From Ascoidea asiatica JCM 7603 (Eukaryota > Fungi > Ascomycota), in the NCBI GenBank assembly GCA_001600695.1, contig BCKQ01000006.1, positions 17,258 through 81,257 of the forward strand: a stretch of DNA of 64,000 bases, written 5' to 3'. This document shows, piece after piece, positions 43,910 through 54,790 of this stretch (positions within the stretch are counted from its first letter, which is position 1; every line of letters begins with the position of its first letter). The position numbers and the translations under genes were made by a program. The notes beneath the pieces were generated by a model, which saw nothing but the letters and a program-made list of their open reading frames with translations, was not told where the DNA came from and did no database searches.

Positions 43910-46510
43910 TTATTCAACTGTAGTTCTCCTTATTTGTTTTTCATTATATCTCCTTTGTTTCATATTATTTTCAAATCCATCAACATACATTTCTGCATCA
44001 GTTAAAATTTTTTCTGCCAAACTAATTTCAGCATCATTTCCTCCAAATTCATTTTCACTTATTTCATTTAATACTTTCTGACTTTTACTATAAGTTTCTG
44101 CTTCTTTGATATGAGATTCTCTTTTTAATGATTTTTTATATTCTTTCAAATTATTCTTCAATGATTTACTATAATCAACTTTTAAAACTTCTTTATTATT
44201 AGTAAATATCTTTTTTAAATGATTTAATTTAGAATTAAATATTATTGTTTTGTAGCCTAAACCCCATGAATCTCCCGCACTTGCTTTTCTTGCATCATGA
44301 TAAATTTCTTTATTAAAAGACTTGGTAATTATCCATTTCTCAATATTTCCATATGGTGTCAAAACATCTAAGATTACATGACCTTTTCTTTTAGTTGGAA
44401 AATTTATAATTCTTGGCCATATTGATGGGTCTTTACTTTCCAAAACTTTTTTCTTTAAATCCGAGATTATATCTTTTTTAGCCTCATTACTTGAAGAACT
44501 AATTTTTTCTTCTAATTTTTTAATTTTTAATCTTTCTTCATTAGTTTTTTCAATTGATTTAATACTTGATCGTTCAAAAATAAGATAATTAAAAGTAGCT
44601 GTTTCGTAATTATTACTTCCTGATCTACCTGATCCAACAGATGATTTTCCTTTAACTCCAAAAGATTTATTAGTATCAATTTTCTCTTCATTTCTATATG
44701 CAGTCACTAATGACTCATCCCATTTTGTAGCCAATCTTCTACCTTTTTTTAACTCCATTGTGAATTTTGGTCTTTCAATCAAAGTAGAAATTTTCATCCA
44801 TATTAACTTTGATCCATTAGGTTTAGTATATAATATTGGATTTCCTGTTGATAATGTACATGGTAGATGGCTAGGATATGGTGATAATACAGATAAATAG
44901 AAATCAGTTTTAGACTTTACTAATTCACTTTGTTTTTCCTCTTCAATTTTTAATTTTTCTGCTTCCTCAACTGTCATTATATCATATTCTTCTTTTAATT
45001 CATCTTCAAACTCAAAATCTTTGTCATTGACTTTTGCTTGATTATTTTCTTCAGTATTATTTTTCAAATCTGTCTCTATCTCTGACTTTTGTTCTACATC
45101 TTTCTCTACTTCTTTCTTTACTTCTTTTTCTACTTCTTTCTCGAAACCTGCTTCTAAATCTGATGTTGTATTTTCTTTTATATCCTTATTAAAAGTTGAA
45201 GGAATAGAAGAACCTCTTATCCAAGGTCTTGGCAATTTTCCATATTCATACTGAGAATAATTATTTGGCCTCATTGTGATTTCTCTAGCTCTCGATAAAA
45301 TTTCAAACCCCCAATAGTCACCTCGTTCAAGTAAAACTAAGTGCCCATTAGGTTCAAGTAATGATAATATTTTTTCTAAATTGTTATCAATTTGATATGG
45401 GAAGAATTTTTTATCAGTAAGTAATTGGTGCTGAACAATAATCAAATCATATCTTTTTGGTGAGTTTTCTGACGGTAAATGATTTAAAAACTTTGACTTT
45501 ACTTCTATAGATTTTTGATTTTCTGATGATTGTTCTTCATTTAAATTATTTTCAACGTAAAGATTATCTTCGTTTTCCAATTTAGTTTGATTTTTAATTT
45601 CAGTCTTATTTTCCTGAAGTTTCTCTATATTACCTAGATTTAATTTATTGGACGAGGTTTCCTTTTTATGTTTTTCTCTTTCGATTTTTTCACTTTCAAG
45701 ATCAGTGGTTTTCTCAGTAGATTTTAAGTCACTTTTAATTTCAATTTTTTCACACTTCTGAGTATTCAATAACATTTTTGCTTTAGCTCTCATTGAGTAA
45801 TGAGAATCATTAATCAATACATCTTTAACTTCAGGATTAAATTGATCACCCATTAACTCATTTAAAGCTATCATTCCAGTTGCTGGTCCGTATCCAATAT
45901 CAAGAATTTTATTTGGATTAAACTCTGTATTTTGAAATTTTAGTTTCGTTTTCAATTCTTTCAAAACTTGTAAAACAGAAGCGTAATTTCTTACAAATAA
46001 TGAGCCAATTTGAGAATCAACTTGAATCGGTGTTTCTGGAGGATTATGAAGACTTTCTTTGGTTAAAGATAAAAAATATTTGGCAGATAGTTGCCTTAAT
46101 CTATCAGGAGTATGAGGTTTTAGAAATTCATTATTTATGGTTTCCGCTAAATGTCGAGGTATTGTTACTTGATCATGATTGAATCTTCCTTTGAGAGTTT
46201 CTTCTAATAATCTTGCCTCTGAAGAATTTTTAGCTAATTTATTTAGATAATTTCCTTCAGAATCTTTGAAACTTTCAGCTAGAGAATCAAAATTTCCTTT
46301 AGTAATACTTTTTTTTTCATCTACTAGGTATCCATAAACGGTATTTTCATCATAAGCTGAAAAATTTATTTCAGCAGCTTGTTTTATGATTTCATCATGA
46401 TTTTGTTCTTGGTAGAGAAGTTTAGAATAGCTAATCCTAGCTGGACACCCTATTGAAAAGCTTCTAGATATCCTAGAAGTAGTTAGTAACAATTTTGAAG
46501 CCTTTAGCAT
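43910..46510 (-). CDS. RSM22: Mitochondrial small-subunit assembly factor / methyltransferase-like Rsm22 (METTL17)
   Basis: Mitochondrial presequence, ILDIGYGPATG, GHLVLLERG, WPRIINFPTKRKGHVILD and KEIYHDARKASAGDSW. Confidence 0.9.
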   Translation of the reverse strand: MLKASKLLLTTSRISRSFSIGCPARISYSKLLYQEQNHDEIIKQAAEINFSAYDENTVYGYLVDEKKSITKGNFDSLAESFKDSEGNYLNKLAKNSSEARLLEETLKGRFNHDQVTIPRHLAETINNEFLKPHTPDRLRQLSAKYFLSLTKESLHNPPETPIQVDSQIGSLFVRNYASVLQVLKELKTKLKFQNTEFNPNKILDIGYGPATGMIALNELMGDQFNPEVKDVLINDSHYSMRAKAKMLLNTQKCEKIEIKSDLKSTEKTTDLESEKIEREKHKKETSSNKLNLGNIEKLQENKTEIKNQTKLENEDNLYVENNLNEEQSSENQKSIEVKSKFLNHLPSENSPKRYDLIIVQHQLLTDKKFFPYQIDNNLEKILSLLEPNGHLVLLERGDYWGFEILSRAREITMRPNNYSQYEYGKLPRPWIRGSSIPSTFNKDIKENTTSDLEAGFEKEVEKEVKKEVEKDVEQKSEIETDLKNNTEENNQAKVNDKDFEFEDELKEEYDIMTVEEAEKLKIEEEKQSELVKSKTDFYLSVLSPYPSHLPCTLSTGNPILYTKPNGSKLIWMKISTLIERPKFTMELKKGRRLATKWDESLVTAYRNEEKIDTNKSFGVKGKSSVGSGRSGSNNYETATFNYLIFERSSIKSIEKTNEERLKIKKLEEKISSSSNEAKKDIISDLKKKVLESKDPSIWPRIINFPTKRKGHVILDVLTPYGNIEKWIITKSFNKEIYHDARKASAGDSWGLGYKTIIFNSKLNHLKKIFTNNKEVLKVDYSKSLKNNLKEYKKSLKRESHIKEAETYSKSQKVLNEISENEFGGNDAEISLAEKILTDAEMYVDGFENNMKQRRYNEKQIRRTTVE

Positions 46511-47000
46511 TATAGCAGTATTGATCTCAATGAAATTTCCACCTCAAGCTTTACTGATTTCTTTGCGTTATAATTTTTTTCTTAAACCTTCTCTGAAAAG
46601 ATCAAAAAATAAAATTCAAACTGAAAAATAAAAATTGAAATCAAAATATAAACGGATACGGAAACTCCGCCAGTGGAAATAATAAACAGCCACACCTAGC
46701 CACATATTTATATTCATTTTTAGAACGTCCATATTGAGTAAAAAGTAAACAAAAAATGTAAATATTTGTTTGAGCATCATTAAATCTTGAGAGAAAGAAA
46801 GAAATAACTATTACAATACAATTCAATTCTCAAGAATTTAGGTTCTTAAATGATTAATATTTTTAATCGAAGTAATATTATGATATGCTAATAATTATTA
46901 TTTATTAAAAATTGCTTTATAAAGAGCCTTACTTTTATTTTTATTTCTATATTACTAGCTATACCATATTCACACATAACTTAGGAATAGTTAAATCAAA

Positions 47001-50000
47001 ATGGAATCAATATGGGATTTCAAATCTGCAAAGACAGTAACTAAAAATATTCCTGGAACTTCATTATGGATTGCTTCTGAATTAGAGAGCTTCAATAAGG
47101 AAAACATGGAAACAACTGAAAGATTTTATAAAAATTCGGTTGCCGATAATTACGACTGGCTTAATCAACAAATGAAAGAAATTTTAAGTTGTTCTGGTGA
47201 TCCAGAATCAGAGGAAAATATTGGGTTACTATTGAAATCTCCTAAGAAATCATACAAAGAATCATCCACAGAAAATAGTAATGATCCACAATTCAAAGTG
47301 GATATTAGTGATACCAATAGCAATCATATTAATGATAAGATTAATAATGATAATGATTGTGAAATTAAGGAATTTAAGATAATCCCTCATCAATTAGATT
47401 TCAACAAGCTTATTCAAATTCAAAATGATAATGAATTATCTCCAATAAAAAAGGATCAGCAAATAAAAAAATCAGCAAATATTTCAAATTCTTCAAAAGG
47501 TCTAGCAAAGCCATTCGAATTAGTAACTTCAACTTCCTTCCATTCATTATCTAAAATTCATTTGAAGCCTACTGCTTTAGCAAACCCTCTTGTTGCTCAG
47601 CCTTCTCCAGAACCTTCACCAAAAAGATTATTTAAAGTCTTTGAGAAAATAGATAAATATTATAAAAATGAAACGTCTACTAATGAAAATTCTGAAAATA
47701 ATTCTCAAGATGAAAATTTCGATAGTAATGATAATAATAATACTAATAGTAATAACAGTAATAATACCAATAACAATTCTCTCGATAATAGCATCGGGAA
47801 CAAGTCAATTTCTGAAAGGACGTTTGAGAATCAAAAAATTGAATCTGAATTATCTAAAATTAATTTCAATAATGATTCAATTCATCATGATATAGATTTA
47901 ATTGAGCATAATAGAAGTAATTTATCAATTCTTGAAAAAAAATTAGATATAGATATAAGGCCTCCTTCAACTAAAAAATTCAAGAATCAAGAAAAAAAAA
48001 ATACAATAGAAAATTCCAAAGGAAAGGAATATCGAATTCTGGTGCCTATTCAATCGAGATCTTTGAATTCTTCATCATCTTCAAATAGTACAAGTAATGA
48101 AACTAATGAAACTTCATTAAGTTCAAGCTCAAATTCCAATGTACATTCTACACAAAGGATTAATTTAGCAGATAAGTCTAAAGAAATTTCAAGCTCTAAT
48201 CATTTTCATATGGCATTATCTAATTCAGATGAAGTCAGATGTTGTTCCTCCTCTAGATACCCACTCAATACCCAAAATAATACTGTAAATATAATTAATA
48301 AAGAGAAGGAAAGTACAGCAAAAAACAATATGAATAATAAGAAAGATAGTGACGATAGCAATGGCGATGAAAATGAAAATACCATCAATGAAAAGGCTAA
48401 TAATATATCTAAGGTCTCGATTGACTACAGCAATTATGACTTAGCTTTTACCACCAAAAAAATAAAATATAACGATGAAATTCAGGAGGTTGAAAAAATA
48501 GATGTACTTCAGGAGAAACGTGATTTTTCCAAAGAATCTTCTAAAGAGTTTCAAAGTTCAAAAGAAACTGCTACTTCTTCTTTTGTTTCTTCTTCCTCAT
48601 TTGAATCAAAAAAATTTATGTCGTTTTCTTCTGAAGAACCAATATCTGTACAAACAAATACTGCTCCTTCATCCTTAAAAAAATCAAATGATAACAACAT
48701 TGAGAAAATAATATTGAAGGCCATATGCGACGAAAAGTCATATAAAAATGAAGAGATGAAAAATTTGAAAGAAAATTCTGATGAAGTGCATAAAGATATT
48801 ATAGAACGAGTTTCTGATCACTTCAATTTATTGAATAAAGCAATAAATGGAGTTGAGAAAAGCTCCCAAAAGTCACCAAACAAATTAACAGCAGAAGAGA
48901 TAATAAAAAATAGCTTGGAGCAAGAATTATCACGCTGTAAAGCAAATAAAGCAGCTGATATGTCTCTTTCATTTGAATCTGCTGATTTGGAGAAATTGGA
49001 AAAAATTACTTTATCTGAGGATGTTAAAAATTTGATTGAAAGTAATGAAAAACAAATTGAAGAAGAGTTGAAGCAAATAAAATCTAAGCTGAAAGGGCCC
49101 ATCGATTTTAATGCAGAATTATTGGCTGCTAGAGAATATGAAAACTCTAATCTGAACTTGAATATTCCAATTAAAAGATCAAATGAATCAGAAAATAAAA
49201 CAACAGATGAAGTTGATTCAATTACAAACTTGAATCATCAAAACGTGTCAAAGGATGACCTAGATCATGACAGTAAAATTGAGAAGCCATTAAATAATAA
49301 AGCTATTTCTAGTGAAAATGATTTTATTAATAGAAATCAAAGTTTTGAAAATGGAAATGACGAGATTAAAAATAAAAATTTCAATAAATTTGTTACGAAA
49401 ATTGAAAATAAAGATATTATTGATTTGAGTAGCACCAATGGAAATACAGGAACCTTACATATGATAAGTCATACATTCAGCAAAGCTAAAAGAATATTTT
49501 TTGGACATGGCCATGGTCATAATATATTTCAAGAGAAAAGTAATATAAGTGAAGAAGATTCAAATACTACTTTAAATAATAATACCAATAATGTAAAAAG
49601 TGGTCAAGAAAAGTTTAAATTTCATTCAAAGTTATCTCCATTGAAAAGAACAAATACTTTACAATTCAGAAACTTTACCCCAAATAAACTTAAATCAAAG
49701 CCTGATGATAATTTACTTTCAAGATTAATGGCACCAACAGAAGCAAGTTCTGCTAAAAAAAGAGGATTTAAAAATAGATTTAATACAGGGAATAGTAATA
49801 GTAGTAGTCCTATAAGGCAAGCCAAATTTCAAGAATTAAGAAGATCTAAATCACCTAGTAAAATTCCAATTATGGAATCCTCAAAGAATTCAATATTATC
49901 ATCAACTACTCTATTCAAAAATTCAATTGAAAAGAATAAAATAGCACCATACAAGACACTAAGAGAACAAATGAATAATAATTTCAACTCGAATATTAAG

Positions 50001-51485
50001 ACTCTGAAACCATTAAGAAGCTCTCCATTGAAGAAATCAATTGAAATCATTACAACTCCAGAAAAAAGAGACTCTATAGTTTTATTGAAAGAATTTCGAT
50101 TAAGTCCTAAAGGTAAAAAAAAATTAGATTTAAATGATTCATTGTCAAATAATACTGACTTAAAGATAAGGAATAAATCAATTAATCAAACATTGAAAAC
50201 AGATATTAAATTAAGCCCACATAATTCTAAGAAATTATATCCAAGTATAGATAAAATCAGTAAAATTGAAAAAGTGAGTAAAATCAGCTCAATTAAAACT
50301 TTATCACCAAAAAAAGAAATTAAATTGAGCAAAACTAATTTGAATAATAATATTAATAAATCACCATCCAGAATACCAAAATTAAGAGCTAACTCTAGAT
50401 CTCCTATCAAGGCTAATTTTAGTAAAAAAACTAATAATAATGGATTAAAGAGAAAGAAAGGAGAAGAAGAAGAAGATAATTTAAATGAGGATAGAAGAAA
50501 AAGACATTCAAGTTTGAATAATGATGAAAAAGAAGAAGAACTTTTATTAAAAGAAAAATTTAAAATAGAACTAGCTAAAGAAAGAGATTTATTAATGAAA
50601 AAGGATATTGAAGAGGAAATTGAAAAAGAATATAAAATTAAAAAATTTCAATTTAAAACTCCATTTCTTAAAAAAACCAAAATTTTAAATGAGAATAATC
50701 ATGAAGGATTTAATAATGATGATGATGATAATAATGATAATGATATTGATATGGAAAGAGAAGATAATTTTTTAAAGCCTTTGAAAACACCGCAAAGGTT
50801 AAATAATTTGAATAATTTGAGTACTTTTAATGGAAATGGAAATGGAAATGGAAATGGAATATTTAATGGTGGTAGTAAATTGATGAAAAGTGCAATACTA
50901 AAGAATGCCTTATCAATAGAAAGAATTAATGGAATAAAATTCAATTATGGTACAAGTACACCGATTAATAATAATAACACTAGTTATAATAGTTTTAATA
51001 ATGAAAAAGGTAATAGGTTATATACTCCAATACCTAGTAATAATAGTAGTTTGATATTGAATGATAGTGTTATATTGAATGATGATTATAATAGTAATAA
51101 TAGTGGAAATAATAGTGGAAATAATAATAGTAATAATAATAGTAATAGTACATTACCAGAAATATATTCAGAAAGTGAAGATGATGAAGAAGGTAGTGTA
51201 TTAAAAAGTTGGGCAAATTCACCAGAATTAAGAAATATATTAATTGAACAAAAAAATTTAGATCCGGATATAATATTTGGACCAGTTAATAAATTACGTA
51301 TGAGTGAAATTTTTGAAGAAGAAAAAGAAAATGGAAATAAAAATAATATTAGAAATAGAAGTTCATCAGCATGTTGGATAGGTAAAGATGCATTAAGTAA
51401 AAAAGAAATTGAAAATTATAAAAAAAAAATGGGGTTTATAAACAATTTTAATAATAATAAGAATAGAAAAAATAATGGAATATAG
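47001..51485 (+). CDS. SLI15: INCENP/Sli15 chromosomal passenger protein
   Basis: C-terminal IN-box LPEIYSESED...SWANSPELRNILIEQ..DPDIIFG...RSSSACW..DALS..EIENYKKKMG, RLMAPTEAS motif, and many S/T-P CDK sites. Confidence 0.88.
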   Translation: MESIWDFKSAKTVTKNIPGTSLWIASELESFNKENMETTERFYKNSVADNYDWLNQQMKEILSCSGDPESEENIGLLLKSPKKSYKESSTENSNDPQFKVDISDTNSNHINDKINNDNDCEIKEFKIIPHQLDFNKLIQIQNDNELSPIKKDQQIKKSANISNSSKGLAKPFELVTSTSFHSLSKIHLKPTALANPLVAQPSPEPSPKRLFKVFEKIDKYYKNETSTNENSENNSQDENFDSNDNNNTNSNNSNNTNNNSLDNSIGNKSISERTFENQKIESELSKINFNNDSIHHDIDLIEHNRSNLSILEKKLDIDIRPPSTKKFKNQEKKNTIENSKGKEYRILVPIQSRSLNSSSSSNSTSNETNETSLSSSSNSNVHSTQRINLADKSKEISSSNHFHMALSNSDEVRCCSSSRYPLNTQNNTVNIINKEKESTAKNNMNNKKDSDDSNGDENENTINEKANNISKVSIDYSNYDLAFTTKKIKYNDEIQEVEKIDVLQEKRDFSKESSKEFQSSKETATSSFVSSSSFESKKFMSFSSEEPISVQTNTAPSSLKKSNDNNIEKIILKAICDEKSYKNEEMKNLKENSDEVHKDIIERVSDHFNLLNKAINGVEKSSQKSPNKLTAEEIIKNSLEQELSRCKANKAADMSLSFESADLEKLEKITLSEDVKNLIESNEKQIEEELKQIKSKLKGPIDFNAELLAAREYENSNLNLNIPIKRSNESENKTTDEVDSITNLNHQNVSKDDLDHDSKIEKPLNNKAISSENDFINRNQSFENGNDEIKNKNFNKFVTKIENKDIIDLSSTNGNTGTLHMISHTFSKAKRIFFGHGHGHNIFQEKSNISEEDSNTTLNNNTNNVKSGQEKFKFHSKLSPLKRTNTLQFRNFTPNKLKSKPDDNLLSRLMAPTEASSAKKRGFKNRFNTGNSNSSSPIRQAKFQELRRSKSPSKIPIMESSKNSILSSTTLFKNSIEKNKIAPYKTLREQMNNNFNSNIKTLKPLRSSPLKKSIEIITTPEKRDSIVLLKEFRLSPKGKKKLDLNDSLSNNTDLKIRNKSINQTLKTDIKLSPHNSKKLYPSIDKISKIEKVSKISSIKTLSPKKEIKLSKTNLNNNINKSPSRIPKLRANSRSPIKANFSKKTNNNGLKRKKGEEEEDNLNEDRRKRHSSLNNDEKEEELLLKEKFKIELAKERDLLMKKDIEEEIEKEYKIKKFQFKTPFLKKTKILNENNHEGFNNDDDDNNDNDIDMEREDNFLKPLKTPQRLNNLNNLSTFNGNGNGNGNGIFNGGSKLMKSAILKNALSIERINGIKFNYGTSTPINNNNTSYNSFNNEKGNRLYTPIPSNNSSLILNDSVILNDDYNSNNSGNNSGNNNSNNNSNSTLPEIYSESEDDEEGSVLKSWANSPELRNILIEQKNLDPDIIFGPVNKLRMSEIFEEEKENGNKNNIRNRSSSACWIGKDALSKKEIENYKKKMGFINNFNNNKNRKNNGI

Positions 51486-52260
51486 AGTAAAGATTATAAG
51501 TTTGGATATTTGATTTTAAAGACATTTTAATATTTTTTTTCAGTTTTGGGCTTGTGTTTTTATTAATATTTTTTGTTTTACTTATTTTATTATTTTATTT
51601 ATTTACTTATTTACTTATTTACTACATATTCGTATTCCAATATCCAAACTTTCCTTTCTCCTTTTTGTTTAATATCACTTAACTTTATTATTTCATATTT
51701 TTAAAATATTTTTTATCATTTTTATCAAATCTTTTTTATCGAATCATAAAACGATTAATGAAATAGTCAAATAATTAAATATCTAGAATGTTTAAACTAT
51801 TCAAATAATGAATCAATACCCAATTTTTTTTTCTTTTTTTTTTATCTCTTTAAAATGCATATAATATAATAAATTTTTCTATAATAATCAATAATAATTA
51901 ATATTAATAAAGTCTCCATAAATTAGAGTCAATTAAAATGTTATTTCTTTGAAATAATTCTATATCTTTCTGTATTAAAATAATTGAATAAATGATATAA
52001 TATTTTTTTTTTTGAACAGAGCCCAAGTTTGAAGTACTCCTTTCGACAATAGTTTCGTCAGCACTGCCACAAACATGAAGTATATCACGTTTTACCATAG
52101 TGGGAACTGCCCTCGGAAATCACCAGAATGAACAAGAGGCAGCCTGAAAACCACTGGAAAGGCACAAGGACATCACAGGCACGAGAATTTTCTCAGAGAG
52201 AGGAGCAGAGAAAGAAAGCCGAGCAGGCCAGCCGTAACATTGGAAAAGCGCCGCTGAGTC

Positions 52261-52299
52261 GAGACCGAGACTGAGACTGAGACTGAGACTGAGACTGAG
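52261..52299. repeat. (GAGACT)n hexamer array in a GC-rich island
   Basis: GAGACC followed by five GAGACT units. Confidence 0.85.
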
Positions 52300-53957
52300 C
52301 GAACAGATTGTTTGTGGTGTAAAGCGGACAACTGGCCTGAGCAAGACTTTGGTGGTAGCAGCAGCAAATTATTGTATGACTGCACATTTGTTAACGCAGA
52401 CGAGTCGTCCCCCCTTCAGTGTACTGAAACCCAGGTGCATGGTACCCGCGGGCCCTAGCCACATATTGGAATACCGTTCGCTAGGAAATGGTGTTCGTTT
52501 GTACAAATGTTTGCTGGTGTAATTGTTCGCTACTGTTATCCTGCACACGGCTGTGTAATGGCGTGTAAAACGTTGGTTTTGCATTGAAGCCAGTATTGTG
52601 GTTCTGGAGTTCTTTCTTGTAAATGGAAATTCGATTCACCACAAATTACCCAATTCATTCACTTTTATTCAGTTTATTCAATTTATTCACTTTATTTATT
52701 CAAATATTCAAATATTCAAACATTCAACAGTACTGGTTTTTTTTCCTCTTAATTTCTCAACGTTACAATAAAAATTTATCCACTTACTTTCAGATTTTTA
52801 TTTCAATTATCATCTCTTTTCAAATCAAATCTTTACCCTTTTCAATCAATTAAGTCATTCAATTTTTTCATTTTCAATTTCTAACTTAGGTAACAATAAT
52901 CTCAATCAATTGACTTCGATTTTTTTTGAAAAAGTGGTTTCTAAAAAATCTTTTAAAAAAAAATCATTCAAAAACAATTAATTTCAAACTTTTCAGATCA
53001 AATATTCAATATTTCAAATTAAGATATCAATTTATCAATTCAAACTGCTAAACTAAACTATTCATAAGTCGTCTCATAAACTAAATTATTTTCAGTTTAC
53101 TTACTTACTTACTTATTTACTTACTAACTAAATTGAATTTTAAATAAAATTTTGGTTTTTACCTGCCTGTACTGTATTGTTTAAGCAATTTAGATTTAAA
53201 CCTATACTTTTTCACCGTTATTAAAATTATTTATTATTTATTATTTATTATTTATTATTTAATTATTTAATTATTTAAATATTTGATTATTTAAAATTAT
53301 ATAAATTTGATCTAATTTCATAAAGTTTAAAATTACCATAATAATAATAATAATTATATTTAAAATATTAATCTTATTATTATTTCTCATTCCAGTGTCA
53401 ATTTAATTCAATTCTTTTTCAGTCATTTTATATATCTTTATTAGACTCTTATCCAACTGTTTTTGAATTTCACAATCTTTACACTTAAGTTACTTATCTC
53501 AATAATAAATACAATACATTACAATACAATAAAATACAATTCAACAAATTACTGATATTATATATTCATATTTATATATAAACTTATTAACTCGTTCTCT
53601 ATTGTTGTGATTCATTGTCAATTACCTTCAATCAATTATCAATTATCAATTATCAATCATCAATTATCAAGGTTATTCTATCAGTATTATCATTCTCATT
53701 ATCCCTTTAACATTCTCATTAAATAACTAAGGTACTGTATATTAACTATAATATAATATCTTATAATATCTCATAATCTCATATAATATTATATAATATA
53801 ACTTATAATATATTCATTCAAATAAAAAAATAAGGAAAAAAAAAAGTAAATGATTTCAATTAATTATAATTTAATTTAATATTAAAATATATAATTAAAT
53901 ATATAATTATATCAATATAATAAAACAATAAAATAATATAACTATAAAATATTAAAT

Positions 53958-54749
53958 ATGTCTACTTTTGTTTTAAATCCAATTAATGAAGAAAAAGATA
54001 ATAATTCTTCTGAACTGAATCAACTGTCAATTAAATCTAAATCTTTTAATTCAATAAATAATAAAAGCAATAAAAATAATCAAATTCCTTCATTACCGCC
54101 TCAATCAATAGCTTCTTCTTCTTTATCTTCTAATTTATCTTCTCCAACTAATAATCATCCAGATACAACTTCAAATTCAACAATAAAATTATCTAATTCT
54201 GTTTCCAATTTCGATTTAAATTCTATTAATAATTCTATAGACAATTCAGTGGATAATTCAATGAATAATTCAATTGAGGATATAAATTTAAATATCAATA
54301 CAGAAACAATAAATGATAAAAATTTCAATTTAATTAATAATAAACTTGAAAAATCAAGATCAAGATCAACTTCAATGTCAACTTCAAGTAATTTATCTTC
54401 AATAGATACAACAACCAATGATATTTTGAAACATACTCCAAAACATACCCCAAAATTATCTCCCAAACAATCTCCAAAACATTCTCCAAAACATTCTCCA
54501 AGACGTAATTCTCATAATTCTCCTAAAAATAATTCAAGTACTCGCATTAATTCTCATTCACATTCTCATTCTCATTCAAATAAAAAAAAAATTCGTCCAA
54601 AATTAAAAAAAAAATCTTCAAATAATTTAAATAATTCTTTAAGTAATTTAAATTTATCAAAATATGATAAAATTGCAAAATTAAAAGTTGAAAAAGAAAT
54701 TGTTGATTCAATTTCAACTTTAAATATTCCTTTTCAATTAAATTCAATA

Positions 54750-54790
<41 letters not shown>

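Noticed and set aside
48206-50944. Many hydrophobic antisense or alternate-frame ORFs inside long genes
   Set aside because: Shadows of Asn/Lys/Ser-rich AT-biased coding strands.
52441-52455. GGTACCCGCGGGCCC looks like a cloning polylinker (KpnI/SacII/ApaI)
   Set aside because: Only 15 bp with no flanking vector sequence; compatible with chance in a GC-rich promoter.
52549-52565. GGCTGTGTAATGGCG resembling the 5' end of yeast SRP RNA
   Set aside because: No recognisable SRP S-domain helices or Pol III terminator at the expected distance.
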